Positions 1 to 8,539 of a stretch of 64,000 bases of DNA are shown piece after piece. Origin of the DNA: an uncultured Acidobacteriota bacterium (lineage in GTDB: Bacteria; Acidobacteriota; UBA6911; RPQK01; JAPXNP01); NCBI GenBank assembly GCA_963777605.1, contig CAVZRV010000011.1:384001-448000 (forward strand). The letters run 5' to 3'. Positions within the stretch are counted from its first letter, which is position 1. Every line of letters starts with the position of its first letter. The notes below the pieces were generated by a model, which saw nothing but the letters and a program-made list of their open reading frames with translations, made no database searches and was not told the origin of the DNA. The translations under genes were made by a program, and so were the position numbers.

Positions 1-1836
1 GATTCTGCTGTCCATGATCGCAAGAATTCCACGATCCCTGCGGGAGCGTATCAACCGCCCGATTCCCTGCCGCAGGGTGATGATTGCAGTCGGAATTGTG
101 TAATTCAAAAAGGGGTCTCGGCCCTCCTGGCGAAGTCGGTGCAAGCGCGCTGCCACCAGCGGCTCGGTTGGCACCTGGAACGGGAGCTTGTCGATCACCA
201 CGGCCCTGAGTGCCTCCCCCTGGACGTCAACCCCCTGCCAGAAGCTGGAGGTAGCACAGAGGACCGCCCGGGGCGTTGCTTTGAACTCTTCAAGGAGAAC
301 GCTTCTGGGGCGCTGCCCCTGGCACAAAACGGGGTAGTCGCCTCTCACCGCGAACGACTCGTAAACGGCCCGCATCTGGCGGATGCTGGTGAAAAGCAGG
401 AAAGCATGGCCGTCGGTCAGCCTCAGGATGTTATTCACGTCGCGCAAGAACCGGTCCGGGTATTCCGGCGATCGAGGTTCGGGAAACCGGGAAGGGACGT
501 AGAGGACGGCCTGCCGCTGGTAGTCGAATTCGCCCGGTACTGCAAGCTCCACCGGGTCCGGCACACCAGTCCGTTCCTTGATGTAGGCGAACCCGCTATC
601 CGTCGTCAACGTTGCCGACGTCAGAACCGAACTGTCGGTCCGATCGAAGAGGCGGTCACGCAGGAGGCCGGCGATGTTGATCGGAGTGATATGCAGAAAG
701 ATCGCCCGGGCACCCCGCTCGAACCAGTAAACCGAATTCTCGTCCTCCAGGTTGAAGATCTGCTCCAGGATGTCGAAATAACTATCTACTCTCCTGAGGG
801 CCGCATCCGATTCGTCTCCCGCGGAGCGGTTTACTTCGAGGTCATGAAAGAGTGCTTCGAGCGCCTCGAGAATGCCCCGGCACTCCTTGGCCAACGTGGC
901 CCGGAGATCCAACACCTGGCCGGTGTCCGGACACGAGTAGAAGTTCAGCGAATGCCTTCCCTCGACGACCGGGAACCGGGAAAAAAAGCGGTGGCAGGAC
1001 CGTTCCAGCCGATCGACCAGGGCAAGCGAGGCCGGCCTCCCCGACATCGAGGATCGGCGCAGCGTTCGCCCGAGGTCTTCGAACTGGAAACTGCTCAGCC
1101 GTCTTCCGAAGTGAACGGCTGCAACGTCTTCGATCTCGTGGGCCTCGTCCAGAATCGCAACAGAAAAATCAGGCAGAATTTTGCCGATTTCGTCTGACTC
1201 CAGTGCCAGGTTTGCAAAAAAGAGGGCATGATTGACGACGATGATGTCGGATTCGATTGCGCGACGGCGCATTCGAGTGACAAAACAGTCGTCATAATGC
1301 GGACACTTTTGCCCCGCACATGTGTCGCTCCGCGCGTCGATGTCGTTCCACCACTCCATGCTGTCGTCGAGCCAGACCAGCTCCGCCCGGTCCCCGGTCT
1401 CGGTTTCGCCCAACCACTCGGCCAGCATTCTGACCAGCTCATCGGCCCCGGGGAGCATTCGCTGGCGGCTGAACTCCTCGTACCTGCGCAGGCACAGGTA
1501 ATTCTGCCGGCCTTTCATGTAGGTGGCCTTCAAGCCTGGCATCAGGGTTGTCCGGATGAAGGGGATATCCTTGGAGAAGATCTGCTCCTGCAAGTTCTTG
1601 GTTGCGGTCGAGACGATGACCCGCTTCTTTGAGAAGAGCGCAGGAATAAGGTAGGAAAGCGTCTTGCCAGTACCCGTTCCGGCCTCCACGCAGAGGTGTC
1701 CCCGCTCTCGAATCACCTCCAACACCGCGCCGGCCATCTTCAACTGGGAAGGCCGGAACTCGTAGTGCTCCAGGTGAGCATCGAGAAGCCCACCGGGTTC
1801 AAAAATCTGCTCCAGGGACGACGGAATCGAACTCAA
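1..1836 (-). CDS. ATP-dependent DNA helicase, DinG/YoaA family (3' end runs off the window)
   Basis: Missing from the ORF track because it has no stop in the window. Manual minus-strand translation gives HLCVEAGTGTGKTLSYL (Walker A), VSTATKNLQEQI, KGRQNYLC...CAGQKCPHYDDC (four Fe-S cysteines), LDEAHE and GRLIRSRRDRG. Start is TTG 1836 or GTG 1857; in-frame TGA upstream at 1890. Confidence 0.9.
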   Translation of the reverse strand, partial: MSSIPSSLEQIFEPGGLLDAHLEHYEFRPSQLKMAGAVLEVIRERGHLCVEAGTGTGKTLSYLIPALFSKKRVIVSTATKNLQEQIFSKDIPFIRTTLMPGLKATYMKGRQNYLCLRRYEEFSRQRMLPGADELVRMLAEWLGETETGDRAELVWLDDSMEWWNDIDARSDTCAGQKCPHYDDCFVTRMRRRAIESDIIVVNHALFFANLALESDEIGKILPDFSVAILDEAHEIEDVAAVHFGRRLSSFQFEDLGRTLRRSSMSGRPASLALVDRLERSCHRFFSRFPVVEGRHSLNFYSCPDTGQVLDLRATLAKECRGILEALEALFHDLEVNRSAGDESDAALRRVDSYFDILEQIFNLEDENSVYWFERGARAIFLHITPINIAGLLRDRLFDRTDSSVLTSATLTTDSGFAYIKERTGVPDPVELAVPGEFDYQRQAVLYVPSRFPEPRSPEYPDRFLRDVNNILRLTDGHAFLLFTSIRQMRAVYESFAVRGDYPVLCQGQRPRSVLLEEFKATPRAVLCATSSFWQGVDVQGEALRAVVIDKLPFQVPTEPLVAARLHRLRQEGRDPFLNYTIPTAIITLRQGIGRLIRSRRDRGILAIMDSRI

Positions 1837-1918
1837 CTGAACTCTCTCACGGGACACACACCAACCGGGACAGACAACCAACCACCATCAGTCCGAAACC
1901 CGCAAGCCGCCTGTCGTC

Positions 1919-3175
1919 CTAAGCCTCCGCAAGTCGATCTGCGTAGAGGGGAAACCGGGCGCACAGCCGGTGAACTTCGGCGCGTACAGCTTCTTTGACC
2001 GTGCCATTCTCAGGGCTTTCCAGAACGCGTGCGATCCACTGGCCGATCTGCTCCATCTCCGCCTCCTTCATCCCGCGGGTGGTCAGGGCGGGAGTGCCGA
2101 TGCGGATGCCACTAGTCACCAAAGGAGGGTGCTGATCGAAGGGAATCGTGTTCTTGTTGACCGTGATACCGGCTTCTTCGAGGGCCGCTTCAGCGACCTT
2201 GCCGGTTAAACCTCTGGAAAACACGTCAACAAGGAAGAGGTGGTTGTCGGTTCCACCCGAGACGATCCTGAAGCCCTCCGTGGCGATCGTGCCGGCCAGG
2301 ACTTTGGAATTGGCCACAATTTGATGCTGGTAGGCACGGAACTCTTCGGTCGCGGCCTCCTTGAAGCAGACGGCCTTAGCGGCAATCACGTGTACCAGTG
2401 GACCTCCCTGATGTCCCGGAAAAACGTTCCGGTTGACGGCCTTGGCGAGTTCAGCTCTGCAGAGAATGATTCCACTTCGGGGCCCACGCAACGTCTTGTG
2501 AGTCGTGCTGGTCACGATGTCGGCATATGGAACCGGGCTGGGGTGCACTCCTGCGGCGACCAGTCCGGCAATGTGTGCGATATCGACCATCAGATAAGCT
2601 TCCACCGACTTGGCGATGGCCGAAAGCCGCTCGAAGTCGATGATCCGGCTGTAGGCACTGGCTCCCGCGACAATCAGCTTGGGCTGTTCCGTCGTTGCCA
2701 GTGTCTCCAGGGCGTCATAGTCAATTCGCTCAGTTTCCTCGTCTACTCCGTAAGGGACCACGGCAAAAAAGCGTCCTGAGAAATTGAGTGGATGTCCGTG
2801 GGTCAGGTGTCCCCCGTGAGACAGATTCATGCCGAGGATCTTGTCACCCGGTTCGAGGACCGACAGATAGGCCGCGATGTTCGCCTGCGTCCCCGAATGC
2901 GGCTGCACATTGGCATGTTCCGCTCCAAAGAGGGCCTTGGCCCGATCGATCGCAAGCGACTCGACCACGTCAACGAACTCGCACCCACCGTAGTAGCGCC
3001 TCCCGGGATACCCCTCCGCGTACTTGTTGGTGAAAACCGAACCAACCGCCTCCAGAATGGCTTCACTCACGAAGTTCTCGGACGCGATCAATTCCAGCGT
3101 CTCAGCCTGTCGGCGGGTCTCATTGCGAATTGCGGCAGCGACCTCCGGGTCGACTCTCTGGAGCGATTTCTTCAT
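1919..3175 (-). CDS. glyA: serine hydroxymethyltransferase
   Basis: [42 protein letters not shown] (PLP lysine). Confidence 0.98.
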   Translation of the reverse strand: MKKSLQRVDPEVAAAIRNETRRQAETLELIASENFVSEAILEAVGSVFTNKYAEGYPGRRYYGGCEFVDVVESLAIDRAKALFGAEHANVQPHSGTQANIAAYLSVLEPGDKILGMNLSHGGHLTHGHPLNFSGRFFAVVPYGVDEETERIDYDALETLATTEQPKLIVAGASAYSRIIDFERLSAIAKSVEAYLMVDIAHIAGLVAAGVHPSPVPYADIVTSTTHKTLRGPRSGIILCRAELAKAVNRNVFPGHQGGPLVHVIAAKAVCFKEAATEEFRAYQHQIVANSKVLAGTIATEGFRIVSGGTDNHLFLVDVFSRGLTGKVAEAALEEAGITVNKNTIPFDQHPPLVTSGIRIGTPALTTRGMKEAEMEQIGQWIARVLESPENGTVKEAVRAEVHRLCARFPLYADRLAEA

Positions 3176-3261
3176 ATCGTTAAAGGTCCCTTCCTGGCTT
3201 GCTGGGTAATGAAGCCCATATTTTAGCCTAAAGGGCTGCGGCAGGAGGGCCCGCGGTCCGC

Positions 3262-3290
3262 TTGACTTGAATTTTCCGAACGATTACAAA
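3262..3290 (+). promoter_or_regulatory. putative sigma70 promoter of proS
   Basis: TTGACT (3262-3267), 17-bp spacer, TACAAA (3285-3290), 10 nt before ATG 3301. Confidence 0.5.
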
Positions 3291-3300
3291 GATGAGTCTT

Positions 3301-5007
3301 ATGCGCTGGTCTAACTTCTTTGTTCCGACCCTTCGAGACGTGCCCGCCGACGCGGAAGTCGCATCCCACCGCCTTCTGCTGCGAGCCGGTTATATTCGAC
3401 AACTTGGTGCAGGAATTTATTCTCTGCTTCCGCTCGCCCGACGTTCCCTGCTCAGAATCGAACAGATCATCCGCGAGGAAATGGAGCGCATCGGGGCCCA
3501 GGAATTCTACCTTCCAGCTTTGAATCCGGACGACGTCTGGAAGGAATCGGGCCGGTGGGAAGGCATGGGCGACAACATGTTCCGAATTCGTGACCGCAAC
3601 GGTCGGGACCTCTGTCTCGGGATGACTCACGAGGAGGTATTCACTGCGATCGCGCGGGACGAACTCCGCTCCTATCGGGACCTTCCCCAGATCTGGTACC
3701 AGATCCAGGTAAAATTCCGGGACGAACCGCGGCCCAAGTCTGGCCTGCTGCGCGTGCGCCAATTCACGATGAAGGATTCCTACAGTTTTGATATCGATCG
3801 GGCCGGGCTCGACAAGAGCTACGACCTCCACGCCGGCGCCTACCGGCGCATCTTCGATCGCTGCGGCCTGAAATACCTTTCAGTGCGGGCCAGTTCGGGT
3901 GCCATGGGTGGAAGTGAATCCGAAGAGTTTGTGGTTTACAGCGACGCGGGCGAGGACTGGGTGGTCAGCTGCCCCGAGTGCGAATATGCCGCCAACCTGG
4001 AGCGCGCTGTCGCCGCTCCTGACGAGACCGATGACGCAGCGGAGGCACTCGAACCGGAAGAGGTACACACGCCAGGTCAAAAGAGCATTGAGGAAGTCAG
4101 CCGGTTCCTCAGTCTGCCTCAGCGCAATCACATCAAGTCACTGGTCTACATGGTGGAGAGCCGTCCTCACCTCATCCTGATGCGGGGAGACCATCATCTG
4201 AACGAGGTAAAACTCGCGGGCGCGATCGGAACCGAGACTTTTCGGCAGGCCACGAGCGAGGAAATCCGGGAGGCGCTCGGGGCCGATCCGGGAAGCCTCG
4301 GGCCGGTGGGCGTGCGTGACATGACGGTCATTGCCGACTCAGCCCTGGAAGGGCGGCGAAACATGGTCTGCGGCGCCAATCGCGATGATTATCACCTGAT
4401 CAACGTGACTCCGGGGAAGGACTTCACCGCAGAATTCTGCGATTTGCGCGAAGTCCAGAAGGGAGACTCCTGCCCTGAGTGCGGCACGCCGCTGCAGGTT
4501 GCCAAAGCCATTGAAATTGGCCACATCTTCAAACTCGGGCTTCGTTACAGCAAGGCGATGGGAGCCACCGTCCTGAACAACGAGGGTCAGGAGGTTCCGA
4601 TTGTCATGGGTAGTTACGGGATCGGCGTGGAGCGAATCCTGGCGTCGGCCGTCGAACTCTACAATGACGAACTCGGAATGATCCTGCCCCGGACGATCGC
4701 TCCGTTCGAGGTGGTCATCACAACGTTACGTCCCGATGACCCCGATCAGATCAAAGCCGTTGACGACTTCGCCCGGGAATTTCAGAAGCGCGGCATCGAC
4801 TTCCTGATTGACGATCGTGACGAACGCCCCGGGGTGAAATTCAAGGACGCCGAACTGATCGGCATCCCGATTCGCATTACCGTAGGGAAGAAGCTGCAAC
4901 AGGGCGAAGTGGAAATCTTCTCCCGGAGTGACCGGCAGTCGCTGACGGTTCCGGTGACTGAGGCAGCCGAGCGGGTCGCCGCCCTGTTGGAGAACTACAC
5001 AGTCTGA
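3301..5007 (+). CDS. proS: proline--tRNA ligase (bacterial type with editing insertion)
   Basis: SHRLLLRAGYIRQ, THEEV, KFRDEPRP, GHIFKLG, MGSYGIGVER. ATG 3301 (MRWS) preferred over 3292. Confidence 0.97.
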   Translation: MRWSNFFVPTLRDVPADAEVASHRLLLRAGYIRQLGAGIYSLLPLARRSLLRIEQIIREEMERIGAQEFYLPALNPDDVWKESGRWEGMGDNMFRIRDRNGRDLCLGMTHEEVFTAIARDELRSYRDLPQIWYQIQVKFRDEPRPKSGLLRVRQFTMKDSYSFDIDRAGLDKSYDLHAGAYRRIFDRCGLKYLSVRASSGAMGGSESEEFVVYSDAGEDWVVSCPECEYAANLERAVAAPDETDDAAEALEPEEVHTPGQKSIEEVSRFLSLPQRNHIKSLVYMVESRPHLILMRGDHHLNEVKLAGAIGTETFRQATSEEIREALGADPGSLGPVGVRDMTVIADSALEGRRNMVCGANRDDYHLINVTPGKDFTAEFCDLREVQKGDSCPECGTPLQVAKAIEIGHIFKLGLRYSKAMGATVLNNEGQEVPIVMGSYGIGVERILASAVELYNDELGMILPRTIAPFEVVITTLRPDDPDQIKAVDDFAREFQKRGIDFLIDDRDERPGVKFKDAELIGIPIRITVGKKLQQGEVEIFSRSDRQSLTVPVTEAAERVAALLENYTV

Positions 5008-5016
5008 GGCGATGGG

Positions 5017-5043
5017 GACTGACTCGTCCGACACGTCAGACTC
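5017..5043. repeat. three 9-nt tandem units (G[TA]CnGACnC) between convergent genes
   Basis: gactgactc gtccgacac gtcagactc. Confidence 0.45.
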
Positions 5044-5046
5044 AGT

Positions 5047-5538
5047 TCATCCAACTTCCGTGAACTCGACCTGTCGCGTGGCGGTGTCATACCAGGCAAA
5101 CGTGCTGGGGCCCTTCATGCCCATCAATTCGCCCGGGTTCAACAGGCGGCAGTCACCGACCAGGCTGGAGTGGGCCGTGTGGTCGTGTCCATAACAGACC
5201 AGGTCGAAGCTCCCGCTCTGGGCCAGGGGACGGGCAATCTCCGGGTAGTGATTCACTCCAATCCGCACGTGATCCAGTTCGAGGTGGGCGAACTGTCCGT
5301 GAAGGTGGATGCAGGGGAAGCCCGCGGCGACCTGGGAAATCATCCGCGGATCGCCTTCGTTGTTACCCCAAACAATGTGAACCGGCCGGTCTCCGGCACC
5401 ATTAGCCAGATGCGTGATCATGAACGGACTGCAGAGATCGCCGCAGTGGATGATCGCCTTCGCATCGTCCATCAGCCCGAATGCGCGATCCAGCTTCCAG
5501 ATATTGTCGTGGGTATCGGACACGACTGCAATCTTCAT
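5047..5538 (-). CDS. YfcE/MJ0936-family metallophosphoesterase
   Basis: SDTHD, HCGD, GNNE, YGHDH, LNPGE calcineurin-like motifs. Confidence 0.9.
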   Translation of the reverse strand: MKIAVVSDTHDNIWKLDRAFGLMDDAKAIIHCGDLCSPFMITHLANGAGDRPVHIVWGNNEGDPRMISQVAAGFPCIHLHGQFAHLELDHVRIGVNHYPEIARPLAQSGSFDLVCYGHDHTAHSSLVGDCRLLNPGELMGMKGPSTFAWYDTATRQVEFTEVG

Positions 5539-5582
5539 CGTCGGGACTTCCTTTCAGTCAGCCGGCCAGACCTTGCCCCGAT

Positions 5583-6530
5583 CTAGTTAATAAAGGCCTG
5601 GTAGGCCTCGTCGAGGTCTTTTTTGGGGATAGTTCCCGAGTAGAGCAGGATCCGGTATTTGAAGTGGAAGCTCTCGCCGGCTCGAATCGACAGGTTCATC
5701 GGTTCGGACCCCTTAACAAAGTCTTTCTTGCCGAACGGATTCACGGCGAACAGGCCATAGGCGCGGGCGTGCCAATAAGACGGGTAGTTCACCGTGGACG
5801 GGTGATCGAAAATCGCCACCGTGACAGGCTCCCCTTCGAGTATGCCCCGGAGAGCGACCCAGGGAGCGCGCTTGCCCCAGACACCCTGTTCCGTCTCCCA
5901 GCCAAAGGCATTCTCATAGCGGCCCGTACCTTTGTCTTCCCGGAGCTCGTCCGCGAGCCGGAAAGCGAAGATACCTTCCTTCGTGTCGGCGAACTCGAGT
6001 CTCTTGTTGAGCGCTTCGAGCCGGATGTCGTGGTCCATCCAGCGCAGGTTTCCTTCCCCTCCGAAGGTAACCCGGCGGTACTCTCGGACCAGGGCTTCAC
6101 CTTCGGGCGTCAACCAGTCGAGGACGATCGCCAGGCTGCCCTCGGGTCCCCCCTGCGTGTTCACGATGGCCCGGTGAACAATTCTCTCGCCGTGGCCGGT
6201 ACTCCAGAAATCGTAGCCGTTGACGTCCCCGTAACCGAAGTAGACCGACTGGTGGTGGGGGTGATCATCGATCTTGAAGCCTTTATTAATGAAAGGGAGA
6301 TCGCGGTTGACCATCTTACCTGAAGGAGTCAGCACCGGATAAAAGACGGGTTTCTGTTTGTAATCCGGTCCAAACTGGTAGGAAGTGAAGAGCTTTCCAT
6401 CGATCCGGATATCGACCCGGTGGTCGGCATCCATCACCTTTACCTCGACCTGACCCGTCTGCATCGCAAAAAGAACCGTCGCCAAACCTGCAATCAGGCT
6501 CAACCCAACAGGAAGTAAAACCCGCTTCAT
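5583..6530 (-). CDS. secreted DUF6807/'PmoA'-family protein (not a methane monooxygenase)
   Basis: N-terminal signal peptide; KPVFYPV, DHPHH, IFDHPS.NYP.YWHARAYGLFAVNPFG pattern recalled for this family. Confidence 0.75.
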   Translation of the reverse strand: MKRVLLPVGLSLIAGLATVLFAMQTGQVEVKVMDADHRVDIRIDGKLFTSYQFGPDYKQKPVFYPVLTPSGKMVNRDLPFINKGFKIDDHPHHQSVYFGYGDVNGYDFWSTGHGERIVHRAIVNTQGGPEGSLAIVLDWLTPEGEALVREYRRVTFGGEGNLRWMDHDIRLEALNKRLEFADTKEGIFAFRLADELREDKGTGRYENAFGWETEQGVWGKRAPWVALRGILEGEPVTVAIFDHPSTVNYPSYWHARAYGLFAVNPFGKKDFVKGSEPMNLSIRAGESFHFKYRILLYSGTIPKKDLDEAYQAFIN

Positions 6531-6641
6531 TTCGTATCCACCTTTCTGTGATTCAACCCCATGCCGACTAAAGATATTGGATTTGGAGACAATCTTCCAG
6601 AACGGTCGGACCCGGCCCCTTAGCCGACATTCAGATTTCCC

Positions 6642-6671
6642 TTGACAGATCCACCTCCAATATGGAGTAAT
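6642..6671 (+). promoter_or_regulatory. putative sigma70 promoter of the dcw operon
   Basis: Perfect TTGACA (6642-6647) followed by TG-G-AGTAAT (6663-6671), an imperfect extended -10. Confidence 0.5.
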
Positions 6672-6707
6672 TTGGACCAGATTGGATCAAATAGGTTCAA
6701 GTTGGGG
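6663..6707 (+). promoter_or_regulatory. MraZ-binding direct repeats (10-bp period)
   Basis: TGGAG 6663, TGGAC 6673, TGGAT 6683, AGGTT 6693, TGGGG 6703, directly upstream of mraZ; fits the known 10-bp-spaced TGG(G/A) MraZ operator pattern. Confidence 0.7.
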
Positions 6708-6739
6708 GAACATTCTCAAAAAGACAGGGTGACACGGTC

Positions 6740-7183
6740 ATGGTAATGCGGGGGAACTCCCCAGCAAGGATAGACGGGCAGGGGAGAATCAAGATTCCTA
6801 CCCTCCACCGCAAACTGCTCGAAGAGCAGTGGGGTCCTGAAGTCTTCGTCACCAGTGTCACCGGGGAAAACGTCCTCATCTATCCGATTGAAGAGTGGGA
6901 AAAAATCGAGACCAAGTTGATGGAGCCGCCCAAGATGCGTCCGGAGAAGCTCAAGTTTTTGCGGAATACCAGCTACTACGGATATGTGACGACGATGGAC
7001 AAGCAGGGTCGAATCATGATTCCCCAACACCTGAGGGAACGGGCGTCGATTGACGGAGAGGTCGCCGTCATGGGGGCGTTGCACTATCTCGAGGTATGGA
7101 ACCATCAGAAATTCCTTGAGCAACTCGACAAAGATCCGTACACCAACCAGGACGCGATCGCCCTCTCGGACCTCGGTATCTAA
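6740..7183 (+). CDS. mraZ: division/cell wall cluster transcriptional repressor MraZ
   Basis: Two DxxGR motifs (IDGQGRI, MDKQGRI), LEVWN; first gene of the dcw cluster. Confidence 0.95.
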   Translation: MVMRGNSPARIDGQGRIKIPTLHRKLLEEQWGPEVFVTSVTGENVLIYPIEEWEKIETKLMEPPKMRPEKLKFLRNTSYYGYVTTMDKQGRIMIPQHLRERASIDGEVAVMGALHYLEVWNHQKFLEQLDKDPYTNQDAIALSDLGI

Positions 7184-7186
7184 ACA

Positions 7187-8140
7187 ATGATCGCAGTGAT
7201 GGCAAAACACAAGGCCGTATTGCTTGAACAGTCGCTGGAGTTCCTCAAAGTGGAGCCCGGGGGAATCTACGTCGACTGCACGGCCGGACTGGGCGGTCAC
7301 TCCCGGGAGATCGCCGAAAAGCTGGCGGGACGGGGAAAGCTTCTCGCGATCGACCGCGACCGGGAATCGCTCGGAATGGCCAGTGAAGCCCTTCAGGAAT
7401 TCTCCGGATTGGTTTCATTCTACCGCGAGAATTTTAAGAATCTGCCCCTGATCCTTCGCAACCTGGGCATCGATCTGATCGACGGCTGCCTGGTCGATCT
7501 CGGTGTTTCCCGCTACCAGCTGACCGAGGCCGAGCGGGGCTTCAGCATTCGCGAGGACGGTCCCCTCGACATGCGGATGGACCGGGAGCAGCGAACCAGC
7601 GCCGCTCAACTGGTCGGCCAAATGAGTGTGGAGGACCTGGTCCGTATCTTCCGTGAATACGGCGAAGAGCCGGAAGCACCACGGGTCGCTCGAGCAATCG
7701 TGGAAGCGCGCCGAACGGCGCCGATCCGAACGACATTCCAGCTTGCCGAGATCGTGGCCCGCTCCAAAAGGCAGCGATCCCGACTTCACCCTGCAACGCT
7801 GGTCTTTCAGGCCTTGCGGATTGCCGTCAACCAGGAACTCGAGGACCTGGACAAGTTCCTGGAGAACGTCATTCAGTCGCTACGTATCGGCGGTCGCCTG
7901 GTCGCGATCAGCTTTCACAGCCTCGAAGACCGGATCGTGAAGAAAACGTTTCAACTCCAGGCTGGCCGGTGCACCTGCTTTCAACCGGGTGAGATGTGCC
8001 GCTGCCCGAGAATCAAGCATGTCGAGATTCTCACCCGAAGACCGGTTACCGCTTCGGACACCGAGGTCCAGGAAAATGTCAGCGCCCGGAGTGCCAAGCT
8101 TCGAGCCGTGGAACGAGTGGAGTCCACTTCTACAAGGTAG
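7187..8140 (+). CDS. rsmH: 16S rRNA m4C1402 methyltransferase
   Basis: DCTAGLGGHS, DLGVS, PLDMRMD, FQALRIAVN.EL, ISFHSLEDRIVK, RSAKLR. Confidence 0.97.
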   Translation: MIAVMAKHKAVLLEQSLEFLKVEPGGIYVDCTAGLGGHSREIAEKLAGRGKLLAIDRDRESLGMASEALQEFSGLVSFYRENFKNLPLILRNLGIDLIDGCLVDLGVSRYQLTEAERGFSIREDGPLDMRMDREQRTSAAQLVGQMSVEDLVRIFREYGEEPEAPRVARAIVEARRTAPIRTTFQLAEIVARSKRQRSRLHPATLVFQALRIAVNQELEDLDKFLENVIQSLRIGGRLVAISFHSLEDRIVKKTFQLQAGRCTCFQPGEMCRCPRIKHVEILTRRPVTASDTEVQENVSARSAKLRAVERVESTSTR

Positions 8141-8146
8141 GGAATC

Positions 8147-8539
8147 ATGGTCGATTTGAGCAACCAGATCATCATCAATCGTGCCTATAACGGCAATGAA
8201 GGGGCCACCGTCTTCGCGATCGCGAAGTGGGTAACGGTAATCGGCTGCGTGGTTGCACTGATCCTGACATCGGCCGCAATCCGAAACCAGATTCTCAGCG
8301 TTCAGTACGAGGTACAGCAACTGGCGCTGGAGAACAAACAACTGGTCGAGCAGAACGACCTGTTTCGAGTTGAACTCCAGTCCCTGACTTCACCGACCCG
8401 AGTCGAAGCGACCGCTCGGGACCTGGGCCTGATCAAGGCAAATGACGATCGTGTTCTGATCCTGGAAGGTGAGGGCTTCGCCGCGTCTCAAACGGCCATC
8501 GCCCGGGCGGGCGAGAATCCCAAGACTTTGCATGAATGA
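8147..8539 (+). CDS. ftsL: cell division protein FtsL
   Basis: One TM helix plus a leucine-rich coiled coil and SPTRVEATARDLGL, between rsmH and ftsI. Confidence 0.8.
   Translation: MVDLSNQIIINRAYNGNEGATVFAIAKWVTVIGCVVALILTSAAIRNQILSVQYEVQQLALENKQLVEQNDLFRVELQSLTSPTRVEATARDLGLIKANDDRVLILEGEGFAASQTAIARAGENPKTLHE

Noticed and set aside
139-1197. 352-aa plus-strand ORF
   Set aside because: Antisense shadow of the DinG/YoaA helicase; no recognisable motifs.
5583-6530. Methane monooxygenase subunit
   Set aside because: Soluble secreted protein with no pmoB or pmoC neighbours; the family label is a misnomer.
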